A stretch of DNA of 64,000 nt, taken from NCBI GenBank assembly GCA_963693365.1, contig CAVNZM010000003.1, positions 4,894,472 to 4,958,471 of the forward strand, written 5' to 3'. Positions 21,678-33,655 of the stretch are shown piece by piece. Under the pieces are notes generated by a model that ran no database searches, was not told the origin of the DNA, and was given only the letters and a program-made list of their open reading frames with translations. Position 1 is the stretch's first letter; each line of letters opens with the position of its first letter. A program made the translations under genes and the position numbers. Source of the DNA: Amoebidium appalachense. Taxonomy: Eukaryota; Protista; Ichthyosporea.

Positions 21678-22776
21678 CTTAGTGCATGTTTCATCTGGTG
21701 AGAGTAAACTCAAGTATACCGTTGACACAGATGTATTTTAATGGTAAAAAACGGTTGTAAATCTTGCCCAAGGTAAAGGGGATGTGCTTATGCCGCACAG
21801 ACACGTGTACGGCTTAACACACAGTGTCACACACACGGGGACAGGCACACGCACGAACACACACATACAACACACACACATACACACACGTTGAATCTTG
21901 CTTCCCGACATGCCCCACCTGAGGGGCTATAGCTATGGGTAGGAATTTATGCAGCCCCTTTATGATTGGTTTGCTCTGGGACCGTGACCGTTGCCAATTC
22001 TGTTCATTTTTTGTTTTTCTGTTTTCTTTTTTTTAAAAATTCAATTAGTTGCCATGCACGGACCACACACAGACGTGCAGACCGACCTATAATAGCCACG
22101 TGTTGCTTGAAGGACAAAATATCAAAGACAGACTATAAATAAACATGTGTAAACCTCCCCGTGGAGGTATGAATGCAAAGTTCAACAAAATGGCTGAAGT
22201 CCGTAAATTTTGCAAGCCCCCCCCCCCCCCCCCCAGCCCCCCTCTGCGCGGGACCGCATGCATATACTGCACATGTTTTTTGGTTTTTTGCTGTGCATTG
22301 CACGTGCGTACAACAACACACGACATAAACACATCTGCCGATTACTTCATGTCCCATGTTGCACCAGAGTTTCACCTCAAGGTCTGATCATCGTCAAACT
22401 TTGAGGCGTGATACACCCATAATATGTGGTTGGGCCATGCAGGCCCTGGGAGTGAGCCATCGGATCTCGAGCTCAATATAAAACAAAAAGTGATAAGAAC
22501 AGAAAACTTAGCTAAACCAAATAACGAAGGAAGAAGGGAGACTTAACCATGATGCGAGTAACATCAACGTTTCTTGTCTTATTTCAGTGCTCTCCAATTC
22601 ATCCCCAGAAACCGTGCCTCCCCTTTATGTATAATATGTACACGCTCTACCTAGCAAAGTGTGTGACGATCTGTTCTGGTGGCAAGTGCCAGCCTACAAG
22701 ATATGATCACACGTGTGCTGTGGGAAATCTAATATTAAAGACGTTACATACATACAGTACTGTAATGCGGTTTGTC

Positions 22777-23775
22777 CTATTTGGGTGTGGGTGGACGCCC
22801 CCTCGTCCTAGATGTGTCAATGTCTGTTTCGATTGATCTCGCTGTCGATTCTGCTATTGGTGGATCTATCAGATCGTACCCGTACCTCGTGGGGCTAAAG
22901 TTGGTCGGGGGCAGAGGGCCCCTTGGCTCCAGAGCCTTTGCCCACTGGCCCAAAACATAAGTATCGTATGCCTGTGCTGCTTCGATTGCTGTCAAAAAAG
23001 ACCCGACATTAACCCTTTTAACCGATATCTCATGGACCGACATATTCTCCTTCAGCAGTATCATGTCCCGGAGAGCTCTACTAGAATTTATTTGGACATG
23101 ATATGGTCGTTTCCTTCTGTGCCTTCTCACTCCGATATATTCTCCGGCTTGCACCTCCTCCTCTGTAAGGTAGTCTGTTTCTCTGTAGAAGTTGATTCTC
23201 CGTAGGCGCTCAGTCTTGGTCATATCCATTGATCGAACCGATACCGCAGCCTCACCCTCCGTCGTAAAGCATCGTACATGTTTTTGGCCTGACCCTGGAA
23301 CAGTTACACGAGCCAACCAGGGTTTGGTAGTCACATGGAGGCTTACCCCCCGATATAACGATGTTTTCTTCCACTCCAACCTTTCCGTCCACCGGGCCTT
23401 TACCTCTTCCAACTCTGCACGTGTTGCTTTAAATGGCTGAAGGTGTCCCAATGCAACGTTTGTCCTGGCAAGATATTGGTTGCCAAGTACACCCTGCCCT
23501 ACCAAATATTTGACTGCAACATCATAGTGGTGGGCTGCTGCCTCCTCGTCAGCAAAAACGCCGAGATACACACCTGCCACCTGTGCCGCCCATTGGGAAT
23601 CCTTCGCCTTCCAACATACACCCCTATACACGGACCTGCCTTTGCGTGTTGCCATAGACAGATTTCTAATAGCTGTCCGCTGGTGTGAGGACAGGGGCCC
23701 GGCTAGCAGTGCTGTGTGGGTAGCCCACATCTGCAACCAAGCAGTCAGGGTTAGACTTGACATCATCAAGGGCAT
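22777..23775 (-). CDS. Protein with three AP2/ERF-type DNA-binding domains (possibly the last exon of a larger or degenerate gene)
   Basis: SVYRGVCWK..QWAAQV..YLGVFADEEAAAHHYD; SLYRGVS...WLARV...FTTEGEAA; YIGVRR...VGSFLTAIEAAQAYD; uninterrupted 332-codon frame. Confidence 0.75.
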   Translation of the reverse strand: MPLMMSSLTLTAWLQMWATHTALLAGPLSSHQRTAIRNLSMATRKGRSVYRGVCWKAKDSQWAAQVAGVYLGVFADEEAAAHHYDVAVKYLVGQGVLGNQYLARTNVALGHLQPFKATRAELEEVKARWTERLEWKKTSLYRGVSLHVTTKPWLARVTVPGSGQKHVRCFTTEGEAAVSVRSMDMTKTERLRRINFYRETDYLTEEEVQAGEYIGVRRHRRKRPYHVQINSSRALRDMILLKENMSVHEISVKRVNVGSFLTAIEAAQAYDTYVLGQWAKALEPRGPLPPTNFSPTRYGYDLIDPPIAESTARSIETDIDTSRTRGRPPTPK

Positions 23776-24529
23776 GGTGGGGCCCTAGGTGAGACAGAAT
23801 GCTGTGTGTGAGCGAGGAAATGAGAGAACAGATGCAGCCTTTGTATACGCTGTCTAAAAAGTGAAAAGGGAATTTGAAGTTTGTGCTGTATATGTTCTTG
23901 TGATGTGTGTCGATGTATGCAATTCCGTGTATGCATGTGCATTTGCCTGTCACTTTGCATGCATGTGCGTGTATGTGCCTTAGGCAAAGGAGAGGCAGGA
24001 TGTAAACCAAATTCATGTTTGCAGGTGTGTGCAGGTTTTGTGGGTGTGTGGCTGCGGTATGCCGTGCATGCGTGTTTCTGCATGTGTGCAAAGGGGAATT
24101 CGAACCAAAGCACGTGTTGTAGTTTCATGTACAAGTATAGCCTGTTCGCGGGCCAGATTGCTCAATAAAAATTTTATGATTCGACGAAATAGGCCCGGAT
24201 CCTTTATAATTCAAAACAACCACGCTTTTTGTTCGCAATAAGCCTAACAAACTGAGGCTCAAAACACGAAGAATAAAAAAGAAACATATTTTGTATGTAG
24301 TAAAACTTAGTATCAGAATGAGTGTTTTTGTTTATACCTATTTGCAATTTAGAATATACGGGGTTCCGGTCGCTGTAGCGGCTGATTTTGAGTAAAATGC
24401 TGGGGACCCATGCCATTCATTGATCTGGGTCTGCTAGTTTTTAAACATCGAATCTGATTTTCCGGCCGTGGCGGGCACATCTACGTGTGTGCGTCTGTGT
24501 ACATGTGTGTGCATGAGCACACTTGGGCA

Positions 24530-25294
24530 GAAGTGTGTGGCCATGATTGTCAAGGTGTGTGTGAGGGTGCTTAATCAAGAGTGACTGTGCACCTTGGATT
24601 GCTTGTAAGGGGGTGCACCGGGATTAGCATATCTTCGTGTGGGGCACTCGACATATGGTCTACTATTGTGCCTGAATTGGCTTTTCAGCAGCTCTGTGGC
24701 TCAAGCTAAGTTAGGTTATAGCCGATACTTTGTTCGCACGCAATTCGTGACGGCACATTGATGGATCTGGGTACTTGTTAATGAGAAAGTGAGGGGAGGA
24801 GGAGGAATTTTTGACCCAGTTGCTCACCTGCAAAGCCCCCGTCTGCATTTTCCTGCCCAGTGTGTGGATGGAAGACGAGGGTGTGGGCTGGGCTGGTCTG
24901 GTGCCACTGGCCCAGAGTGGCCGGCTGGTCACAAAAACTGAACAGGTACGTGGTCAGTGAAAATTTGAACTAGAGCACCCAAAGACGGTGTGTAAATAAA
25001 AGGAAAAGGTGTGGAATGAAATTCGTGCATCACCAAAACTGTACAGATAGATATGTCAGAATGAGTGGCAAGAGAGGGGGAATGATCATAGGGGGGGGGG
25101 GGGGGGGGGGGGGGGGGGTCTGGGAGGTAAATAACGGGTATGTAGAGAAGATTTAGCCATAAAAGGGGTATATATAAAAATGGATTGGGTGCCAAAATTA
25201 GATAAGTATAAAATAACAGGGGTGTGGGTGACACATCTAATCAGAACAGACAGTGACAAACTGGGAAATAAGGTTGGAGGCGGGCACGGGGAGG

Positions 25295-25326
<32 letters not shown>

Positions 25327-25632
25327 CTGGGGAAGGTAAGGGTGGAAGAACGTGGGGGGGGGGGGGGGGGGGGGGGGGGGAAGAAAATCAAAGCACGTTG
25401 ACTGAATTGGATTCGGGTCAGTGATACCCTTAACCAACAGCCTAGGCTGCAAGATCTAGAAACCCCCTAAATATCTTCTTCTTTAATCTTTTCTTTGCTT
25501 TCTTTTCTTCCTTGTGTGTGGTGTGGGGAGGAAGGGGGGTGTGGGTGGGGTTTGGGGCTGGAGACGCCTGTATTAGTCTGAGTATGTACACTTGTATTTC
25601 TTTGTGTATGTGCTTGTTTCGAGTACAGTAGG

Positions 25633-25695
<63 letters not shown>

Positions 25696-25742
25696 TGTAT
25701 GGCGTGCCTTTAGGTGTATGCAATTTGTTTTTACTTTTTCCT

Positions 25743-25773
<31 letters not shown>

Positions 25774-27881
25774 GGGGGGTAAGGCAGGAAGGGAGGGATG
25801 CAGGGAGACGGGAAAGAAAAAAGGTCGAAAATGGATTATGTCCACCCACTGGAATGCACTCAACAAGTATTTGATGTATCTAGGTTAACTTGTTTTTACG
25901 TGTATTGCTTTTAGGAGACTAATGATTGTGTGGATGAATGCATATGCTCTTGCAAAAAATTACATTCTTTTGTAGGTATGTAAGATTTGTTATCACAACT
26001 CGCTCGTGTGCGCAATACTCACATGATTTCGAGTAGAGGGAAGGGTAAATAGTATCAATAATGGTTTGAAAAAAACCACCCACCCTCTTTTTTCACAGCC
26101 CCGGCATGCGCTTGCCGTGTGGCTGCATTCGGAATACCGCTGAGACCCAAAATGGCTGTTGACCTCCGCATCGTGGCTGCATGCATCCCCTGCACGTGAT
26201 ATTGGCCCAATCAGCATGAGGTACTTGAAGAAGATGTCAGAGCCCATAAGTGCACAGTGGTCTTTATTCATTGCCTCACATAGGCCCACCCCAAGGGAGA
26301 TAGTCTATGGGCCACAGCATGTAACCGTAAGGAATTTGCCAACCACCAGAGTGCCAGGGGCGGGAGGGGGGGGGGGGGGGTAGAAGTGTGATAGCAGGGA
26401 GAAGGGAGGTGACCGTCGAGGCAGATGAGGGGGTGAGGGGCGGGTGGGCAGGCGGGGGGGGGGGGGGGGGAAGGGGAAGGGGGTTGATGGGAAGGAAGGT
26501 CCCGGGGAGGGGGTGATTGTGTTTCGAAAACAGCTGATGAGGCCGTAGACGGCATAGTGAAGGAGAGATGAGGGAGAAGTGGGGGGGGGGGGGAATGTAA
26601 CACCTGCTTTGGGGTTCACAGATCTCTGCACACCGTACAAACCCCCCTTTTAACCCCAAAAAACATTCAAGGCCAACCCAGGTACCAATAACACGTTCCC
26701 CCCTTCTACCCCCCCCCCCCCCCCTTTCGTCCCCTCCCCCCGGAGTCTTCCCCCCCCCCCCCCCCCCCCCCCCCCCCAAAAAATAGTATAAATAAAGAAA
26801 AGAAAAGGAGAAAAAAATAAAGGGAGAACAAAATCCTCTCGTCTGTTCAACAGACACAACCACTCAACCATCCTCCCCCAACATCAAGATATGCTTGTCA
26901 ACACTACTCATTTTCATCTTCACACAACACTTATGGCTCAAAAATCAAACTGAGTGAGACTTAGTTGTGGTGGTGGGTTGTTGCCGGTGTACATTGCTGA
27001 ATGATGGTTTCTTGTTAATTTTCTCTTTCTCTTGTTTATTTTCGTTTTCCCCTTCATGCGGTGTGAGTGATTCTTTACTTTGTGTCCATTCAAAGGAAGT
27101 TTTCGAAGGGATGTGGGGTGGTTCTTGTGTGTGTGTCACGGTGCGCGCGCGTGTGTGTGGGTGGTGGTGGTAGTGGTGGTGGGGATGGTGGGAGAGGGGG
27201 AATGCGCTTACTCTGGCACATGTTGCAACAAAATAGGTGTGCCGGCTGAAAGAGGGATAGAACGGTGCCACCCTCTGTCCAAACATCATGTCTGTAGAGT
27301 TGGTGGTCAAAAGGTGGAGAAGGATGTGGAGGGAAGGGCGGGCGCGGGAGGGGGAGGGGAGGGGAGGGGGGGGGGAAGATCAGAAAGGATGTCTACTTGT
27401 GGGAAACTTGATAGTTGCATGACACAAGGATTCAGAGGCAGTAGCAAAAAAGATGCCAAGAGCTCTTAGTTAGCCTGGGAAGAACGCAAGGTAAGCATGA
27501 CTAGAGAAAAGAGGGAAAGAAGTGTTAAAATTAGGCAACGAGAGAGACGTAGACGTTGGAGGGGCGATTAAGGCCATCTTGTAGTTTTGTACACCGTAGG
27601 GCAAGAGCCAAAAAACTTCCCCTGGTGCTATACGTGGATAGATAATTTGTATATCAAGAAGGGTGTGGTAGGTTGGTGCGCGGGAGAAGCAGGGGGAACT
27701 CGCTTGCAACAGGAAAGATGGATGGGGGGAGGGGAATATACATACATATACATACACACACACACACACACATACACACAAACACACACACACACACATA
27801 CATATATATATAAAGAGAGAGGGGGGGGGGGGAGGGAGAAAGAGAGAGGGGGGGGGGGGAGGAGAGAGAGAGGGAGGGAGG

Positions 27882-27912
<31 letters not shown>

Positions 27913-27953
27913 AGGGGGGGGGGGGGGGGGGAGAGAGAGGGGGGAGAGAGAGA

Positions 27954-27988
<35 letters not shown>

Positions 27989-29196
27989 TTGGATAGAGAG
28001 AGAAAGAAGGAGAAAGGAACAGGGGGCGGGGAGGGGGGGGAGGGGGGGGGGGGGGGGGGGTGAGGTGGCAGCGGCCATGAGCAGGGTGAGGGGTTTATGT
28101 GAAAGGGTATCCATATACCTCTTCAACATTAGTTGCTAGTTTAGCGGAAGGCCCTACTCGCTTGCATATATACCGTAGATGCAACCATAGTAACCGGAAC
28201 TCTTGGGACTCTTGCCGAGTTCAGCTGTGCGGGTGCAACTTCAAGGCCTCCTACGTGTGAACATCAAGGCCTCATAAGCACACATAATAAGCGTGCTGTT
28301 TGCCGTGGCTTTAGCACGCTCGGTGCGGCAGCGTGCCGTACAGTTTCGAATGAGTCAGGGCTCAGGCATGCGCTGCATCACGGCCCTCTAGATCTGAACA
28401 CACGGCCTTGGCGCAGAACGTCACTCGTGAGCCACCTTTCAAATCCGGATGGGCAGATCGTGCCCCTGTATGTATTGCGGGCCGGGGCACTTTTATATTG
28501 CGAGTGCCTGTACACGATGTTACCCAAAAGTACACGACGTTACAGTACACAAAGTAAAGCAAAAACATGCGTACGAACACAAAAATATTATACAATGCAG
28601 ACCTATAGCGGCGAAAGCTCTGAGGCTGCTAAATACGAGGCCCTAGAGTGCCAGCTTGACTGTGAACGTGTTGGCGATAGCGATTTGGACCCATCTCTGT
28701 GTGAAGAACAACTTACATCATCACCATACTGTCGGAAAGGCAAAAACGTTCAAAAGAAGGTCAATTTGCCGAACAATGTGAGCGCTGGACTACGTATGTA
28801 AGATAACGGCAGCCGAATGCAGGTCTCCCGTCTGCGAAACAGGGGCGGAGGCCATGCCCTCCTCTGTGTGGCCCGGTGCAACACTTGAGCAAGGAAGTGT
28901 AGACACTGGCCGTCTGTGCCTAATAGAGAGGGCGGGTGGGGTGGGGGGGTAGGTAGGCGGAGGGGGGAGGGGGGAGGGGGGAAGTCGGAGAAAGAAAGTC
29001 AGCGGGAAAGGGAGAGAGAGAGAGGGAAAGGGAGGAGGGGAGGGAGGGAGAGGGGAGAAGGAGGAGCAGTAGGAGGGGGGGGGAGGGGGGGGGGATATTA
29101 TGAATTTCTCTGTATGAGGTACAGTTTCTCGCGTCAACAGGAAGAAGGGAAAGATGGAGGGGGGGGGGGGGGGGAGGGGGGGGGCGGGGGGAGGGG

Positions 29197-29242
<46 letters not shown>

Positions 29243-29940
29243 CAAGGCCTCGAGAGGGAGAGAGGGGGTGGGGTTGGAAGGTAGGAGGAGGGGACAGAGC
29301 GAAACGGGAGAGAGAGGGGTAGAGAGAGACACACAGAGAGAAAGAGAAAGGGGGAGAGAGAGGGAGGGAAAAGGAAGGACAGGATCGAGCGAGGGTGTAC
29401 AGGCCGAGGGATGGATGGAGAGAGGCGGGGGTGGGGGGAGGGGGGGGGGGGGAGGGGGGAGGGGGGACAATCATAGAATTTAGATCTTTGCATGTGCGTC
29501 TCAACAGACACAGGGCCTAAGGGGAAAATGGAACTTGAAGAGAGGAATAGGAGGGAGGGCCACATCATATAGTAGGGGGGGGGAGAGAGAGAGAGGTAAG
29601 AGAGAGGGGCGGCCGGAGGGAGCTCGAAGGCCGGGAAGAGGGAGGGTGAGAGTTTGTGCATGTGTGAGTGAGACCTGTGAGAGTAAGTTAGAGAAAAGAG
29701 TAAAAAGGGACGAGAGAGGGTAACGGGTGGGTGTGTGTGTGTGTTTTTTTTTTTTTTTTTTTTTTTTTGGGGGGGGGGGGGAGGGAGGAGGGGGGAGGGG
29801 GGGGGGGAGGCCGGGGTTGTGGTTGCCTCTCACTGTGCAGAGTTCGGAGGGGAGGGTCGGAGGAGATGGAACAGTTACGGGGGCCCGGATCTCAAAGTGC
29901 CTTCTGAATACTCTTATGAGATCGTAATGCTCTGCTACAA
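24530..29940 (-). other. Several exon-like non-repetitive blocks between microsatellite introns, upstream of the AP2 ORF; product unidentified
   Basis: AG/GT-bounded blocks at ~27211-27290 (DMMFGQRVAPFYPSFSRHTYFVATCAR|gtaag), ~24828-24925 and ~29834-29935; I could not assemble one frame or recognise a family. Confidence 0.3.
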
Positions 29941-32228
29941 GACAACACGCGCGCTGCTGGACAACGAACTAGTAAGAAGCTTATTCAGTTGTTTATTAGG
30001 TGTGATAACCACAGGTTTGTAGCAAAACCCTCTGCACCCGTCTACTAGCCTGAGTTATAACATAGCCTGCCGCGCACACACTACCTCCTGAGTGCACTAC
30101 GTGTGACATCAAGACAGAAGCTTTTACTTGGATCACTCATACTGCGCACCGTGATATCAACACGTCACTAAACCAGTAAGCTATAACGTTAGGGACAGAA
30201 GACAAGACGCAAAAGCAGACGAAAAAAGGGCAAACCGCCAGCTACAATAAGCTTCAAAAAGGGCACATTAGGAAAGCACGCTCATTAGGAAAGAAAGTGA
30301 AACGGTTACCACCCAAGACACAAACAGTGGGACTCAAACCTCACCAACCAGCACAAGCAGCTTTGACCCACTCGTGTTTCTCGTTGATATTGCAGCCTAC
30401 CAGCCCAGGATGCTCAACCTGGCTGCTATACACTAGTTCGGATTGCCTATGTAAAATTCTCATTTGCTTTTTTCGCTCCTGTCAGATCGATTACGTAGGG
30501 GTACGTAATGATAGTTGGGGGAAGGGCTACTCATATACCAAATGATGATTTCAGTTATCAAAGTTAAAAATATGAGTAGAAAACAGGTTTTGGTCAACTA
30601 ATTAATATGTAATATTTTTATACATAACGCGACACACATTTAATGTATAAGCAACATGGGGTGCCCGCCGCATATTTTATGGTGAAAACTAGAAAAAATC
30701 TATGGTTTTGTCATAGACGATCGACCAAGGCCCTGACTGTACATGTTGGAGGCATACAGTAGCCGGACGCGGTTTTGGTGATTTTGACGATGAAGGAAGC
30801 GTCGGACATCAACGGTATAATAAATAATTATTACGCGTTTTTTTATTTCCGACAACTTTTTATAATGAACCAAAAACTGTTTTTTTAGGAAAAACGAGTG
30901 AAACATGCACATCAGAACCTGTAGATTTGTACTACGGCCCCGGTGGGGTGAGGGCAGCCCTTACCTTGGCCCTTTGGGAATTGGAGGCCAATCAGACGAT
31001 CCGAATCTTTCCAAAAAACTACGCATACGAATTCCAGTGGGAATTCCGAACAAGTGTATAGGCGAGACAGATCTAGGATATATATATGAGGTGGATGAGG
31101 AGCAGCTGGAACTCTTCGCGGGCAGCATAGAATCTGTAACTGAATATGTATAAAATTATGTATACAATATGTATGTATGATTTATTGCACGGACTTTTTA
31201 TTTTTCGGTCAGTGTGCCCTACCAAGTTTAGGCTTGCTTCTCAGCAGCATGCTACGTTTCCGGAACAGAATATGGCCATATGCCCGAATCTGAAAAAATT
31301 GATGACGTATCACTATGTGGTTTTCAAGCAGCGGTGAGAGACGAAGACCCACCGAGTGGCATTGCAGGGTTGGGCTGGGGTTGGCCAGCTTAACCGTATT
31401 GTCCTTTCGCCAATCGTAACGGACAGTTTCTTAATCCTAACGGAGGGGTTCTTGGGGATCTGCAAGCCCAGCTAAAAACGTCCCTCCAATCACAAAACTC
31501 ACAATACGCGTTTTTACAAATTAAGTACCGCAAAATTACAAGCCCTGGACACTTGTCGGGGTTCGATGTTGCTTATGAGAAGCGCTGTAGATATGTTCTT
31601 GAACAGAAATATTGAAACATTAGGTACAGTTAGATATTAGGGGGCCTTAAAGCGTTTATAATGCTATACATCTGATGCGAAAGCTGTTACGACGGCACCC
31701 TAACCTTATTCGTATCGGGGTCTTTCGTTAATCGTAATTACGACGATTTCTTTCGTAATCCCCCCCCTGGGCATTGCGGTGAGGGGATTGGTTTTTTGTC
31801 ATGCATTAGTTGTGTTGGATTGCTGGTTTCCATATATAGTTAGTGTGGTTTGGTTTTGATTGTATGTTCTGATTTGGTCAGATGTTAAAGCATTTGATTG
31901 GTTTCTTCAGTCTGGCTTCAAATTCCAAATGCATCGTGGGAACGGGTATAAAAAGCAGTACATGTTTGTATTTCAGTCTTCGGTTTTCGTTTAGCGTTTG
32001 TGTGAGTGTCTGGCATCAGAGGTAAAAGGGATTTGTAGAGTTAGTTGGTTGAACTAGGTTTGGTGGTGCTAGTGTAAAAGCGCACAAACTAGTTGCCTTA
32101 GCTAGCTGTCCTTTTTCCTGTTGATTTCCCCGCCCTCCCAGCCCTGTTGTGGGGATAGATGAAGGGGCGTCCTTGGCCATTGGGCGTTAGGGACACTGTT
32201 TCCTTCTTTAGGGTAGGCACACACACAA

Positions 32229-32268
<40 letters not shown>

Positions 32269-32896
32269 ATAGTTTTCATGGTTCGTTAGATGTCAATTAA
32301 CAGTTATTCATACATATTCTTATAGAGTATCTAATTTATTTATTTTTTAAAAAAAATTACTCCCGTACTTGCCTCTGATTTCATGTCCATGAGTCTCGGG
32401 GAGCCACGACGGTAGCGAGAAATGGTCTTGCCTCCGGCAATAGCCTGCGCCAAGGCCGTGTGTACAGAGGGCCGTGGGCTGCATGCGCAGTCACCTCATG
32501 ACTGCAGGTCAGATCAAAACTGGCACTCGTTGTTCTAGCTATAGACTTCTCGTGCTGGTTTCCGCAAACACCGTCATCTCATCTCCATTCTCAAGGACAC
32601 AAAGCAGGAGCCAGTGGTGCGCCATGAGGTGGGTGTGCACACGTGCGCATGTACACACGCACGCACGCACGCACGCACGCACACACATACACACGCGCAC
32701 ACAAGACTTTCAAGGACGCAACACACAAGCACACACACACCTGCACAGATACAGGCGCAGAGGCACAGGCCGCCACACAGCGCTACGTTACGGGAGGAAA
32801 CCTAAAATCAGATAGTGCACCTAGGCTTCGCATGCTCATATGCAAGCACACACACCGCTTCAGTGATGCTGTACAGCAAGCACACGCCACACCATA

Positions 32897-32975
<79 letters not shown>

Positions 32976-33655
32976 CACGCACACCATCAAATACAATAAT
33001 ACAGCTAGTGCGCATCGCATAATCTGCTTTCAACACAAAACTGCTTCCTTGTGTCGACAGTTGCCTATACGAAGAAGCAGTCGATGTCCAACTGCCAGTG
33101 GCCATGCTGCAAACCACCTGCCAAAACACATTCACACAATTGCAAACCGAACATGACCCAGTCCATCCTGATAACAAGTCAGAGGGAGGTAAATTTATAC
33201 ATCATGCCCCCCTCCCTCCCTCCCCCCCTCCCCCTTCACTTCTCTCCCCCCCTCCCCGCCCCCCCCCCCCCCCCCCCCTCATTCCCCCCGCCCCCCCCCC
33301 TCCCAGTTCCCTGGGGCTTGCAGGCATATTGAAAACACAGGCGAAAAAAAGAATCCTTGTCGTAACGAACAACTGTTTTCTCACTTCCAGAAAGCAAGGT
33401 CACGAAGCACTTGTTCCTTACTCTTTTCCTTTTCCCCACGAATCTCACCCTTTCATCCTTGCTTTAAGAAGATATAGTAATGTAAACTCCTGTCCGTTTT
33501 TTAAGTTTGCAACTATCACTGTGTAGCACAATCTCACACCCTTCCCCCTTCCCTCCCCCCCACCCCTCCCCCCACCCCCATCCCCACCCCACCCCCTCTC
33601 CCTCCCCTCCTGCCTTGTCCCCCCCCCTCCCCCCCCAACCCCCCACCCACCAACC

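Noticed and set aside
24093-24112. tRNA T-loop-like TTCGAACC
   Set aside because: No cloverleaf or A box can be built around it
22414-30684. Weak inverted similarity (CACCCATAATATGTGG versus CACCATAAAATATGCGG) as TIRs around the AP2 gene
   Set aside because: Short, gapped and without a TSD; could be chance
30905-32215. Possible DOHH N-terminal exons or another gene
   Set aside because: No clear RFRALF or HELAYCLGQM match; only a weak G*MK hint near 32155
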